NCBI GenBank assembly: GCA_030141605.1
Contig: JAQGDQ010000078.1
Span: 496,001 to 560,000, forward strand
Length of the DNA stretch: 64,000 nucleotides
Direction of reading: 5' to 3'
Source: Tubiluchus corallicola
Taxonomy: Eukaryota; Animalia; Priapulida
The translations under genes were made by a program, and so were the position numbers. Shown here piece after piece: positions 50,798-63,424 of this stretch. A model generated the notes under the pieces. That model was given only the letters and a program-made list of their open reading frames with translations, was not told where the DNA came from and ran no database searches. Position 1 is the first letter of the stretch. The number at the start of each line of letters is the position of its first letter.

Positions 50798-52539
50798 TAA
50801 CTCTCTGGCAATATTGATCAATCGTGGTTTTGACGCACTGAGTTGAACAGTTTGTCATTAAATAAAGCTATTGTTAAGTAGTAACTGACACTTTTAACGC
50901 AGTTCTTAGCATCTGTTCTGAAAAACAATTTACGAGTAGTAGGCAGTATCACATTCCGCAAATGAGTGTTTTTAGCTCACTGCATTTTGGTTTGTAAACT
51001 AGTGTGACAACCACAATTTAAAACTTAAAAACACAGCTGTCTCATATTTAACTCATTTTGTTTCACTCCACAAAAAAGAATATGATAAATGGCAATAGTT
51101 GCCATAATACAATATTAAGTTTAGTTGGCAAAGAACTGAGGGTAATGGATGGTTATCTAATCAGCCAGCACAATGACGATGATGTGCATGATGATGATGA
51201 TATGTTGAAACTTTGGTATTTATGAAATGTGTATCTAATTACATGCCACCTTCACTGTGGAGGCAACTGGCCAATATAATCACAAGAGTTAATATGTAAG
51301 GGAATTGATGGTGTTGGAAAACCTTAATAAAGAGTAGGTGAAGAAGGTAACTGAGTGGTAACAGTTCTTGCTCACGGATAAAGTTGGGTAATATGGGGCC
51401 TGGTCAGTAATTAAATAGGTAATCTCCCATTTTGCATTTCGTGGATTCTTCTTTTCATTTAATGAGCTTGTACATTATGTATTACTTACATTGTAAAGAC
51501 ATTGTATAATATAATATTTAAACATGACTAAGATGTCTGTGAAGTTCTTACAGGATTGACTTGATAGTGAGTCAAGTATGAACCAGGCCACAACAAATGG
51601 CTTTTTGTTGACTATCTGTACGTAAAAATTACACTAAAAATTAATTTGCCATTTGCTGAACTATAAAAATGGTATTTGATAGATGTTAGACAACCTTCTT
51701 TAATTTTTAGTTAAAAATAAACTCTAAGGTATAGGTGCAGAACTATCATTTTTACCTGCATGTTCTAGATGAGATCAATGAAGGACATTCTAGTCAACCC
51801 ATTCAACATATGTGTGCTTGCAAACCAAAACCGGCTGTAAGTCAACATAGTTAAAACTACATTATGGTGCTTCAAAGTAGAATACACCAAAAATTGGGTC
51901 AAATGTCAATTTTTTTGTTTACTATAAAGCAAATGCTAAATATATTAAAACTTTTGTATTCTAGCATCAGATAATCAGAAAAATGTTCAAAAAAATACTA
52001 AAAATGTTATTTCATAGCTTTGTACCCACAATTTCTGGCTAAAAACTACTACTACAATTGTGCTAGTGGAAGCAGTCATTTTGCTTGCGGTTTTTTTCAA
52101 GCCCATATCTTTCTCTGGAAGAGCCATCTACTGCATCTGAACAACCAACTTTTTGTGCGGTTGCTAAGTGTTTCGTAAAAACGTGACAAAAGACAATGGC
52201 TAACTTTAACATCTATGCTTAGCAGCAACATAGAGCACCAAACTTGGTATCAAAATGGTGAACTTGATATCAAAATGGTCAACATGAATAACTAGAAAAG
52301 CTTAATTGTTGACTTCTGAACGTTTTTGCTATGCAACCACACATATAAGTAAAGATCAACAACCCATTGCACTGGTCTAGTCAACCGCTTATTACCTAGT
52401 AAAGCTGCACAAAATGATCCTCGTGTCCCACTTAATTACAGGGGTATAACTTTTATTTCTATTGTTTCAAAACTTTACTGTTCTATTATTAATAATAGAT
52501 TGATCAAAATTATTTATGTTGGACATTGTTCACAATTAC

Positions 52540-53030
52540 TGCCACAAATTGTGACTAAATTTGAATGAAGACAAAATAAACGTATTGAACTTCAGAAGCA
52601 AGATGATGCAAAAAACTCTATTCTGTATTACTTGTGGGTCTAGTAATTTATCAGTTAAAAATCAATACAAGTACCTTGGTATTGTGTTAGATGAATTTTT
52701 AATTTTTGAAAAAACAGGAGTTGTTTTAGCTGACACAGCTTGTCGTGTTTTAGGATCAATCATTGCCAAATTGTATATGCACAGGAATTGTATTTCACAA
52801 CTCACACGGGATTGTTGATGCTTGTATTTCCCCACTACTTGATTATTGTGCTGGTATATGGGGTTTTAGTCCATATTGATTGATGCTATCCAAATAGGAC
52901 CATTTCTTCATATATGGGGGTTCACCCCAAATTTTGCAGTTAATGATGAAGCCGATTGGACTCCTAATACCATAAAGAGAAAAACTGATATACATCGATT
53001 TGGAATAGAATAATGAAATTTGATGATAAC
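52540..53030 (+). mobile_element. Decayed LINE reverse-transcriptase thumb fragment
   Basis: LNEDKINVLNF...QYKYLGIVLDEFL, followed by frameshifted PLLDYCAGIWG-like sequence. Confidence 0.7.
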
Positions 53031-53061
53031 CAACTAACTATTTTAGGAATAAGTAGTAGAG

Positions 53062-56000
53062 ATGTCACAACTTCTAACAACATGTGAAGAATTGTTTGGA
53101 ACACAAAACCTATATGACATTTTAACATTGAAAAAGGAAGCAAGTTTTACTGAAGGTATGCAAAAGTGAAGTTGTTTCATGTTTTAATGTGTAGAATGGA
53201 TTAATTGATTCAGAACATGGCCCTGGTATATTGCAAGGTTTTATACATAACTATCAAATAATTTATTGTTGTGTTCATGTATAATACAAACTATGATTAT
53301 AGGGAAATATTTTTACAGTAAGTTCTCGCTTACTGATGCTAATGTGTTCCAGCAAAACGAGACTTTATGCGAAATGTTTATTAAATGAAACTATTGATAA
53401 AATAAAAATGGCTGTGAGCAAAGTAAAAAAAAATCCTCGTTTAAATGAAACATGCATTGTTAAATAGGAAAAATGTGTCGAATGTTTAACATAATTAAAA
53501 TGAAACGTTGTTAAACGCCGAATCATTAAGCGTGGACTTTCTGTACCTTGCTGTAAAGTGTCTTACAGCTGGGTAACAGGAATATTTAGTATCATTTAGT
53601 TTCCATAAAGAGGCACCTTCTTACAATTTTTTGTCTTTTTTCATAATAGATGTCGCTATAATTTATAAGTTCAACGTATAAACTTAGTAATGCTAGTACT
53701 ATTTGTAAGTGCTAGTTTTATCTTTTACGAAATTTGTCATTGGTTGAACAGAAGTTAGGGTTTCTTTAAACTATAATGGAAATATTTTTCTGAAGGCATT
53801 ACAACACATTTAATGCATTATAATATGTCTGATACACCAAGCATGTATGTTTTTGTCTAATAATTTTACAGTTAAACGAGGTTATTACAAGATATCATTG
53901 AAGGTCCATCCTGACCGAGTAGAAAAAGATGAAAAGGAACTAGCAACTAAAAAATTTCAAGCTTTGGGAAGAATATACAGTATTTTATCGGATAAGGAGA
54001 AGCGAGCAGTGTACGATGAAACTGGTAAGGTTAGGTACCGTTCATTTTTTACCGTGGTTTATAAACTGAGTTTAATTTCCAACCCCCAACAGTGACTTTA
54101 ACTATAACATTGCTGTGAACAAAGTTTTGATGGTGGCAGTTTTTGTTTTATAATTGAATTTGTGTATTGCACAGATATTTTCTGACATTTTGTAAAACAT
54201 TTTTCTGATGTAATTAGAAAGTAGAAAAAGTCTGTCATGGCACTGCCACAGCTGTACAACAGTTTGAAAGACTCTGATTGTCATTTTTTGCAGGTGATGT
54301 TGGTGATGATGACGATGAACTATTTAAACAAGACCGTGATTGGAACGACTATTGGAGACTCCTTTTCAAGAAAGTGTCTGTAGATGACATTAAGGATTTT
54401 GAAAAAGATTACAAAGGTATTTTATGTACAAAAACTGGAACCGAAGTAGATGGTAAAATGCACCAGCAGCCACTTTGTGTATGGCATGGTATTTGCAGTG
54501 CCTTTTTTACTTGTTGATGCTATGACACTTTCACTCAAATTGCAAACAAAAATCAATAATGCGTGGCACAAAGGAAACACTTTATGATGTTTATTGCTTA
54601 GAATTGCACATTATTTTTTTAACGGAAAGCTAAAGAGTAACTAACGTGTACAGCAAAGATTACTTGAAACACTTTTTCTTTCTTGCATACAAATATTTCC
54701 TTTTGTTCATTTCAGTTGCATTAGTTCTTTTTCTTTGTTCTGTTCTTTATCTTTTTGGTTTTTAAAGAAAAAGTCTAGTATTGGTTGCATTGACTTTTTT
54801 TCTGGTAAAACATATTTGTAATGCTTTAGAGGATATATATTAGCAACATCGTCTCTCAGTTTTGAACTTCGTTTTCAAAAAAAAGTCCAACATCATTATG
54901 GGTAAAAGCTTAATAGAAATGCACTGTGCCATGTTTGTGGGAATATTTCTATTGCTGTCTTCGCAGAAGCGTAAATGTAGCAATAATTAACCCAGCAATG
55001 TAACATGAGAGAATTTCATCAAAGGAATCATTTTTCAGGAAAGTCAGTAGCAGCATTTGTGTCTGACTGCTTAGTAGGTGCAAATTATTGCCTTGACTCT
55101 TGTTAATAGTAGCTTCTTCATAAAATGTAAGCACATCAAACAAAGTTTTGGTGCCTAAAATAAGGCAGAAAAATCATCGCTAATACAAAACATATCGTTA
55201 AGTAAGAAATAGGTGTCAAATGTTCAGATTTGTTGAATCGAAATATCATTAAATTGGGGTTACAGTAAGTGATGACTTGCTGTATTAGAAGTATAAAAGA
55301 AATGCAGAAACTGGCAATTATTATGAATAATGTGAAGCGTAGCACTGAGTAAATATGCCAATGGCAGGAAATGAACCTCTAAAACATTTGTGAGCATCAT
55401 CATCAGTTTGCTGAACTTGAACCGGGTCAGATCCATCAATACCAATTAATTAACCCATATAAAATGCAGCTGTTAAATGTTAACCTGATCATAATGAGGT
55501 TAGCGTTTATTTTTAAGGGTCTGAAGAAGAGGCGGCTGATTTGAAAGCAGCTTATCTGGAGTATGAGGGAGACATGGAAAAAATCATAGATAATGTAATG
55601 TGCAGTACCATAGAAGATGAACCTAGGTGAGTATTTTTACTTATATTGTCAGATAACTTATTTTTATCTAGTGCACTGTATGTACCAACAAGCACTGTTT
55701 TTTTCACAACTTGTGCTTTTTTAATACCTAAATGAACACACGTTGGAGTAATAGAGATAGCTGAAATGTAACAGTGATTTAGCAGCCTATAAAAATATAA
55801 AAATGTAACATGTAGCTGCCAGTTGAGGATGGTTGCATATACATCCGTGGCTCCCGGTACGATATCTCATCTTAGATGAATGTCCTCCATAAATAGCTAG
55901 ATTCCTGTCCTGCCACTAGCAGCATAATAACTAGACCCTACCATTGGATGCTGGATATCAGCTTGTACTTATACTTTGTCAAACAACAATTTTAAAAGGC

Positions 56001-57742
56001 AGTTTGGGATGAGTATATATTTTACTGATTTTATTAAAATAGTGAGAAATATGACATTTAAAATTTTTCTAAAATTTTCTATTCTTTCTCAAGTCTAATG
56101 GGCTTTCCAGACATTAGATGTAAAAATCAATAACCACATACAGTGCATTTACTAACCATGTGTTTTTTAGGTTTTGCAAAATTCTCAAAAAGAGCATAAA
56201 GTCAAAAGAACTGCCAGCGTTTAAATTATTCACACAGGAAACTAAGCGAAGTAAACAAACTCGGCATGCTAAGGTACGAGGTTTTATTAACAATTACAAA
56301 TGTATAAATTCTTCTCTTGGTACTAGCATTAAAATGACAGTTACCGTCAAAACAATCGTCTGCGCTAATAAACACCATGTTGATTTCTAGATGCTAGCTC
56401 TTTCCTGTATGCAGTCAGCACAGATTGAATGGGAGTTGAAATGCTTTCGCAAATAAGCAGGCTCTAGTTACTTAGTTATAATACACAGATAATTATTGTT
56501 TGTTTTACTGTCCACTAGTCGACTCACTGCTTCGTCATTTCGAGTCCGAGTGAGATCGCGGGTCCAAGTCTGAAGCAAGTTGCGACTCTGAGTCAGAGTC
56601 TGAAACTCGAGTACTACAACACTGCACCTTTCACAATTTTTACCAACAACAATCAATTCAATTTTGCAGTAACGTTCAGGTAAAACTAAAGAGTAAAATA
56701 CTGTGTTTTTTACTTTATAGTTTAAGTTGCTGCTGCTGTTTATATGCATTCATATATATATATATATATATGACTTATATGCAGCAAGTTAAAGCAGCTG
56801 AGCACACTTAATGAACACTAAATGGGAGGATTAAATCATTTTGCAGAATTTAATAGAGATCATTTCATAGATCAAAATAGTGGTAAGAATCATTCTTACA
56901 TGTTTGTCCATAGATGTAACTACAAAAATTTGTATATAGATCAAACAAAGTTTTGGCACTTAAAGTAATGCAGAAAAAAAGAATAAACAAAAGACAAATA
57001 TTATCAGAGCTAAAAAAGGAAGGAAAACAGGGATGGCAATGGATAGTCGATGTGTTAAGCAAATGTTACAAGGACAAGGATGCACCATATAGCTAATAGA
57101 AATTCCAGTTATAAATTCGAGGCAACGTGCTACACTACGTCCTATGCAAAAGTGAAATCGGCATCGCTGGAACGAAATATCATTAAATAGAAGTGACGTT
57201 AACGGTTAACTGAGAACCTCAAAAATTTGAATAAAATGTTAAAACTGACCATTATTATGAATGATGTGAAATGTACTGCTGAGCAAATATGCCACTGACA
57301 GAAAAAGAGTAATTTTTAGATTACGTAAGTTACTTTTACTGACTTTCATTTCAAGGTCGCTGACAATGCATGCACTAAAATAACTTATATAATTAATGCA
57401 AAAATGAGGCTCTAACTTTATATATATAAATGTACTGTCTTGGGCATATTGCAGTACCACTTTTTTCAAAAATCCTGATGTACGGTGAAACAAAAACTTT
57501 TTCTGAGTTATCCAGCTCTGTGACACAGTATCATTCAAAATTTTTTGACATACTCTTAGGCCAAGAAAGAAGCAAAAGAAGCTGAAGAGTATGCGAAAGA
57601 AATAGGCATTGGAAATTCTGAGAAAGATCTGCAAGCTGTGATGCTTGCACGTCAACAAACGCGAGCCGCACAAATGAACAACTTTTTCTCAGAATTGGAG
57701 GCCAAGTATGCAAAACCAAAGAAAAGAGGAAAGAAAAGTTGA
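53062..57742 (+). CDS. DNAJC9: DnaJ homolog subfamily C member 9 (J-domain co-chaperone / histone H3-H4 chaperone), 6 coding exons, about 254 aa
   Basis: Exons 53062-53155, 53872-54024, 54294-54416, 55518-55626, 56171-56273, 57560-57742, all GT-AG and in phase. Translation: [21 protein letters not shown]...[17 protein letters not shown] (HPD motif)...[25 protein letters not shown]...[12 protein letters not shown]...[22 protein letters not shown]...EDEPRF...EAKEAEE...[19 protein letters not shown], typical of DNAJC9. Confidence 0.96.
53316..53543. mobile_element. pogo/Tigger-like MITE in a DNAJC9 intron
   Basis: TA|CAGTAAGTTCTCGCTTA ... TAAGCGTGGACTTTCTG|TA. Confidence 0.65.
55100..55500 (+). 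repeat. Dispersed repeat with a direct copy at about 56900-57420 (both in DNAJC9 introns)
   Basis: Shared blocks ATCAAACAAAGTTTTGG, CGAAATATCATTAAAT, ATTATTATGAAT.ATGTGAA, CTGAG.AAATATGCCA. Confidence 0.75.
56515..56624 (-). mobile_element. One end of a hAT-like element with GAGTC subterminal repeats
   Basis: Repeated GAGTC(C/T/A)GAG units ending CTCGAGTACTACAACACTG (reverse complement CAGTGTTGTAGT). The other end was not found. Confidence 0.5.
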
Positions 57743-58484
57743 AAGCTTACGATGGGAAAGCAGCCCTTTAAGCTGTTAACTTATTTTGTTGATGACTGCA
57801 GTTTTTATGTTTGATAGCAGAACAATAATTTAACTTGATTTATTTCAATAACTGTGTACATTTTTAATTGTCATGGGATTTGCATCTTGGAAATATATTG
57901 CAATTATCTTTATACATGTAAACCAAGTATTTATTCTTTTGTCTTTCATGCATCCCATTTTTGTAGCAAAAGAAATGAAATAATGAGAAATCAGAATCCT
58001 GTCTGTGAACTGCTTTTGTACTAAGTTTTTAGTCTTGTTTGGTGTATTTATTTTCATCCGTAATTGCAGTTCAAATAACCCTCTGACCTGGTGCTAATTT
58101 TGACCATCCTTTGATAGGCAGCACAGAAACACGCACCACTGAAAACAGGTAGCGTTAAGCGAGGTTGGCGTTATAACAAGGTTTGACTTTATTTTTGTAT
58201 AGATTTGGGCTTCTCTGAGGGACACGAAATTTGGGCACAGCCATTTTTTCAGCCAGACACTTGGGCGCCAGTGCCAACACACAAATGACGTCCAACATAA
58301 TTTTTCTCTTGTGCTACATATGACATTACCTAATAGGCTAAAATTTTTGTAGGAATTCTCATCCTCTACCTCATTACCATGTCAAGCTAAGTTTAACTCA
58401 ATTAATGCGTATAAAACACTGCTGCCGAATGCATAATGTTAACATGCACCGTATTTTGCAAGAGATACAGCAAAAATGCTTATA

Positions 58485-58890
58485 CAGTCAACCTCGGGTA
58501 TAAGGCACTCGCTTATAAGTGACCACCAACGCTGGTCCCGATTTTTTGTAACGTTTTTCCTTATAAAAATCTTCGCGTATAAGGTACTCCGATATAAAGG
58601 ACTTTCGGTTATAAGGGACGATATCTTCAATTCCCGCTTGATAGAAACACAGGTAAATTGCCTCGCATATAAGGGACCCTATGATCAAAGCGAAATTGAT
58701 CGATTTTTAACCTCAATCTTTCGGCCTTCGAGCAGCTCGGTTTCCGCAGTCACATACATCTCGCATCACCGAAGGAGCTTCCTGCATACCGTTTGCACTG
58801 AATGTGTAGCAATAATCCATAAAAATATGGGTAAAAGTACAGGTCTAGATACACCCTCGGTCTGACTCAACTTCGGCTATAAGGGAAAAT
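58485..58890 (+). mobile_element. Truncated pogo/Tigger-like MITE with repeated TCGnnTATAAGG motifs
   Basis: Starts TA|CAGTCAACCTCGG; about seven copies of (C/T)TCGnnTATAAG(G). Confidence 0.6.
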
Positions 58891-59359
58891 AGGTAGCTGC
58901 CGAATTATCTCTTGCCAAAGTGTCTCCGTGCCCAAATGTTTCATGCATATATGTCTATGTGACTAGTATTTTATTACGTGCACAAAATGATTACAAAAAC
59001 TATACAGACGTGCGATTAGAATGGGATGGTTTTATTTATGAAGAAGAAACATGAAACAAATGGTCAGACACAGCTCAAAACCTAGAAAGTGTCTGACGAC
59101 TATCCTATGTCAGAACAAGTTTTCAAACTTAGCTATGCAAACTACAGCCTAAACAATGTAAATTATGTAAAAGCTGATTCATACAGTAACTGAGGTAATA
59201 GAGTACATTCAGGTTTGAAGATGTTTTCTAGTGTTCAAACTAAAGATGCACACTGACAATTTCTGTTCAATATTGCGACAACGTGCAATGTTCACGACAC
59301 TGGCAAGATGCACGAGCGAAAAACCCCTAGGCCAAAAATACTGCGCATGAGCAACATTC

Positions 59360-59435
59360 TGAACTCAATGGCAGAGCATGGAAGTACTAATCCCAGGCCT
59401 TGGGTTCAAATCCCAACTAGTCAACAATTTTTCAG
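59360..59435 (+). pseudogene. tRNA-derived sequence (pseudogene or SINE head)
   Basis: CTCAATGGCAGAGCA A-box-like and GGGTTCAAATCCC B-box/T-arm, followed by TTTTT. Acceptor and anticodon stems do not pair. Confidence 0.55.
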
Positions 59436-60165
59436 CATTTCCTTTTTTCAGCTCGTTACCTTTAGTGTGTAATAATGTTATGCAATGAACTACAACGGTT
59501 TATGAACACTCTGGCATTCACAGTCATAATCTAATTAATAAGAATTTTTAATAGATGCCTCTGTATAATAAAATCAACAATTCTCAACAGTTTAGTTATA
59601 CATATGTTTTAGATTTTTCAAACTTTTTTAAACAATTCAGACTGTATAAACTTCAACGAAGGGATACGCGTGCTCGGTAGAGTGTCTGTAGGCAATAATT
59701 GAAGATTGTCATCATTCCTATGATGTGTCCGGTGAAATGAAAATATTACACGATATAATTGCTAATGGTATTGCAACATACTACTGAGCATGTGTATACC
59801 CTTAGACTTTATAAAACAGACAAATTCATCTGAATATTATAAAGGACTTACACATATATTTTAATAATTTGCAATATTACAAATAACATAGCAACTTAGA
59901 CGTAACAGATTTTCTAAAAAACAATAACAAAATGTACAAATTCGCATTGAGAATCACTACTAACAAACAAACATGCATCCTCCAATTATATTATCACAAG
60001 TTGTGAAAAATGTTACACTGTCATAGCAGAATGTAATCACAGCTCTCTTAATTAACTATAATTGTAGATTTAAATATCACGGACGTGTAGAAACTTTTGT
60101 GTATGAAATGCACAAAAGACTTCTTGAGTGGTACAAGTCAGGCTATCGATATTTATCTATTTATA

Positions 60166-60430
60166 AAGATTCTGCAGCAGAATCTTCATAGTTTACCCAC
60201 GGTTTTTATTTATTTATTATAATTCTGCTGTGATTACAGTAGAATTTTTGTGACTTACCCACGGTTTATATTTATTTAAGATTTTGCTGTGATTACAGCA
60301 AAATCTTAACAAATAAATAAAAACTGTGGGAAAATCAAGAGATTCTCCTGTATTAAGATTTACATTAAGATTTTAGTATTTAAAACAGCAGAATCTTCTT
60401 GATTTACCCATCTTTTTTATTTATTTATTT
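60166..60430. repeat. Array of palindromic units (AAGATTCTGCTGT..ACAGCAGAATCTT) alternating with TTACCCACGGTTTTTATTTATT
   Basis: Hairpin units near 60166, 60221, 60278, 60368; linker copies near 60193, 60255, 60403 and inverted near 60311-60335. Confidence 0.85.
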
Positions 60431-61013
60431 AGAAGTATTATTATTATTTATGCCTTTTCGCTTCTTTAATAACTTGCACACGCACAGGGTTAGGGTCACA
60501 AAACTCACAGGGCCCACTCCCCAGGTAAGGGGATTTATGTTTACACATAAGCCATCACCCACCGATCAAAAAGTGACAAGTTCAGATTTGCCGAAGCTGT
60601 TAGTGTCAAGCACAACCGTACTTATGTGAACATATAAGTACAAAGTCTTGTTAACCATCTTGATAACCATTTTTATTTGTAAGTATAAAAAAGCTGTCAC
60701 AGAAGCAGAATCTTACCACAGTTTTTGACACAGTCGTAAACGTCCACTAGCTCCAGTTATTATTCACCTGAGAAACAAGTTTAATTAACCCTCTTTTCTG
60801 CAGTTAAATTACTGAATTTTTAGGGATTAATGGATTATGGACATCATACGTTAAATGACATCTCTTCCATTAAAGTTGTGCCACAGTGCAGTAACGCCAA
60901 AGTGTAAATGCAGTAAAAGAAAGCAAGAAACTGATTGTGATTTGAAGTGTTTCTTTTCTAAACAAAATGAAGAAGAAACATGATACACACACAGAAAGAT
61001 ATATAACTGTGTG

Positions 61014-61373
61014 AAAGGCCTGATTATCCTATGGAGGCCAGTATAGGCTGCTGCCTAGGACCCTCAAGCTCTGGTAACATTTGGTATAAAATCAGTTTTT
61101 CTCTATGGTTGTGTTGAAATATGTGCTAATTTAGTTTGCAATAAATAGTGAAATAGTGGGATTTCTTAAAGTTATTGACAAACAAGAGATAGTTATTCTA
61201 GTTTATTTAAAGAATTTACAATAAGTTTACTTCAAAGGTATGTAATGTGGCTAGATATATCACGAGTAAAAAATATTCAAGACAGGTGTGGGCGAGGTTT
61301 TAGGATGGCTCTGCCTGAGTGAGGCCCATAATTTCATTAGCTTAGGGGCCCAAAAGGTCATAATCTGACTCTG
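61014..61373. mobile_element. hAT-type MITE, same family as 19073-19446
   Basis: Colinear with the 19-kb copy (ATAGGCTGC.GCCTA.G, TATCACGAGTAAAAAATATTCAAGAC, CCCATAATTTCATTA, CCCAAAAGGTCATAATC). Degenerate TSD ACTGTGTG/TCTGTATG. Confidence 0.8.
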
Positions 61374-62100
61374 TCTGTATGCGTGCATCTATGTATTAGT
61401 TTATAAATACATGCACTATGTACAATTGTACATACATTATGTTTATAAATGTACATACTACGTAATTGTACAAGCTTTACATTACAGACAAGCAGACATT
61501 GTCAATCTTATATTACGTAATCAGACTTTGCTGGTGCACAGCACACAGTACACATCAGCTACTATTATTTTTTGCTTTCTTTTGCTGCACATTTTTACGG
61601 CTTTCAGCCAGGTAGAATCTGCACATTTCTAGGGCTTTCAGCCAGGTAGAATCCGTCTGTATTGTATAGATGAAATACAATGGGAACAATGCTCAACCAT
61701 TTTTTTCACATGCAAAGTACAGCTCAGATTCTAAGTACCTGCATCACTTGGCAGCAAGAAACTTGGGATGTTATCAACCAAGATCAAAACTTAGCCAAGT
61801 TTGCAAGTATAGTATAAATGAAACAGAGTAGGATATATGTGGGAGAATAAGTGCAGAAAACTTTCACTGTCAGCAACTTCCTTACTTTTAAGGCTAATCC
61901 TGTGACAGGAAAAGTAAAAAATTATAAGTACTGACACTCCCAAATATGTCATCCCTGTAAAAAATGATAAATAATGAATGCACCCTCTTCTATTCACTCA
62001 CAATAAAATGTTCGTTATTTTTTAGCATAATATCGAACAACATCATGTGATACACTAGAAGTCCGCTAAACATTTTACAAGTACTTGCACAGTTTACATA

Positions 62101-62272
62101 CAGTCAAACCTCTTTATGCCACTTGCTTTGGGACTGCAAAAAATTTGGTGTTAATTGAGTTTGGCAATATAACACGTGCATTAATACATTCACATCTACG
62201 CAAATATAAACATTTTGTTTTGCCAAAAATATGGGCATTAAGCGAAGTTGGTGTTATAACGAGGTTTAACGG
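62101..62272. mobile_element. Short pogo/Tigger-like MITE
   Basis: TA|CAGTCAAACCTCTTTAT ... ATAACGAGGTTTAACGG. A related right end is at about 58155-58190. Confidence 0.65.
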
Positions 62273-62559
62273 ATATTACTTCACTTAATGGACTCCACGG
62301 TAAACTGAAATTTAAAAGCACAGTCCAAAATTTCAAATCGACTAGAAATGTTCGTTGAATACTTTGCCAAACTTCATATAAATTTTACGTACGTTCATTT
62401 CCTATTGAAACAGATAATATCAATAAACTGGCAAATAAATGAAAATGAGTCTTCTCCCTACAATATTGTAGTGATTCGGTAAACAGCTCTGCAATATTTT
62501 TAGATCCACTCCCTTAGTGGTCATCCACATTATAACGATATCAAGTTTAGGGTAGGTGT

Positions 62560-63060
62560 AGGTGGGTGACAGGAGACGTGATGACACCTAGAACGTAAGG
62601 TAGGCAAGTGATTCAGTCATGATATTGTTATCTGAATAGGTCAATGAGAAAGAGTTCCATGAATTGGGGCTGCCACCATCTCCACTGCCGATGCCAGTAG
62701 AATCCACTGATGGTTTCCCGTTAATTAACACAAGTTATGTTGTTGCCTGTCCTTGGAAGCAGAAAGAGTAAAATGTGCAAAAAGTTACATTGGTGTGATA
62801 CTGATATTGATATAAGAGGTAGGTACGTGGTGCGGCATATGATAACGCCATTATAATGAAAGGTAGGCAGGTCCTTCAAATTGGCCGAAAACTTGATATT
62901 GTTATATGTGGATGGCCTCTTAGCAAAAAAGGAAACTTGAGAGCTGCTTGCCTCTTTCACGCTTTAATGAATGATGTCATGATGACCTGAGTATTGCAAG
63001 TGCCTCGACCTGACTTATACGCCCAAGGAGAACATCCAACAACATGCTGTGTCGTACAAT
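62560..63060 (-). mobile_element. Decayed L2-type LINE ORF2 3' region
   Basis: Minus strand shows a frameshifted AAP..WNSL motif (GCAGCCCC..ATGGAACTCT) and upstream P.Y-like remnants. Confidence 0.45.
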
Positions 63061-63208
63061 AATATGAATCGGCGAATTCATTAAGAAACATATTTTCACT
63101 AACCCATAATTAAATTTCAAACTAAAAATTACCCAAAAGAGAAATTGAACTAATTAACTTGAAAATAAGGCGGAGGTTTTCTGCGACTTGTCATTGTCAT
63201 AAGTGTAA

Positions 63209-63424
63209 AAGAAGTCAAAATGCCTATTAAGTCTCAAAAAATTCTTTATTTTTCTCAGAAACTTTCGTCCTCGAGTACTTCATCAGCTGAAATCAACTCG
63301 ACACAGTCTAAGTCTTGATCAAGATCGTTCAGGATCCTTGATCTAGTTCAGCTGATGAAGTCCGAGGGAGAAAGCTTCTAAAAAAATAAAGATTTTTTGG
63401 GCTTAATGGGCATGTTGACTTCTT
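63209..63424. mobile_element. Inverted pair of Penelope-like-element terminal repeats, each carrying a hammerhead ribozyme motif
   Basis: Arms 63209-63291 and 63347-63424 are reverse complements. Plus arm: CAG-CTGATGA-AGTCCGAGGGA-GAAA-GCTTC...AATAAA. Minus arm: CAG-CTGATGA-AGTACTCGAGGAC-GAAA-GTTTC...AATAAA. Confidence 0.75.

Noticed and set aside
48533-53046. U12-type intron (donor GTATCT)
   Set aside because: The donor deviates from GTATCCTT and the branch region is CTAAC (U2-like), not TCCTTAAC.
58476-58865. 129-aa ORF downstream of DNAJC9
   Set aside because: Lies within a MITE made of short repeated motifs and has no protein-family signal.
59360-59435. Functional tRNA gene
   Set aside because: A and B boxes are present but the acceptor and anticodon stems do not pair; kept only as a tRNA-derived relic.
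60166-60430. CRISPR array
   Set aside because: Eukaryotic context, the spacers are themselves repeats, orientations are mixed, and there are no cas genes.
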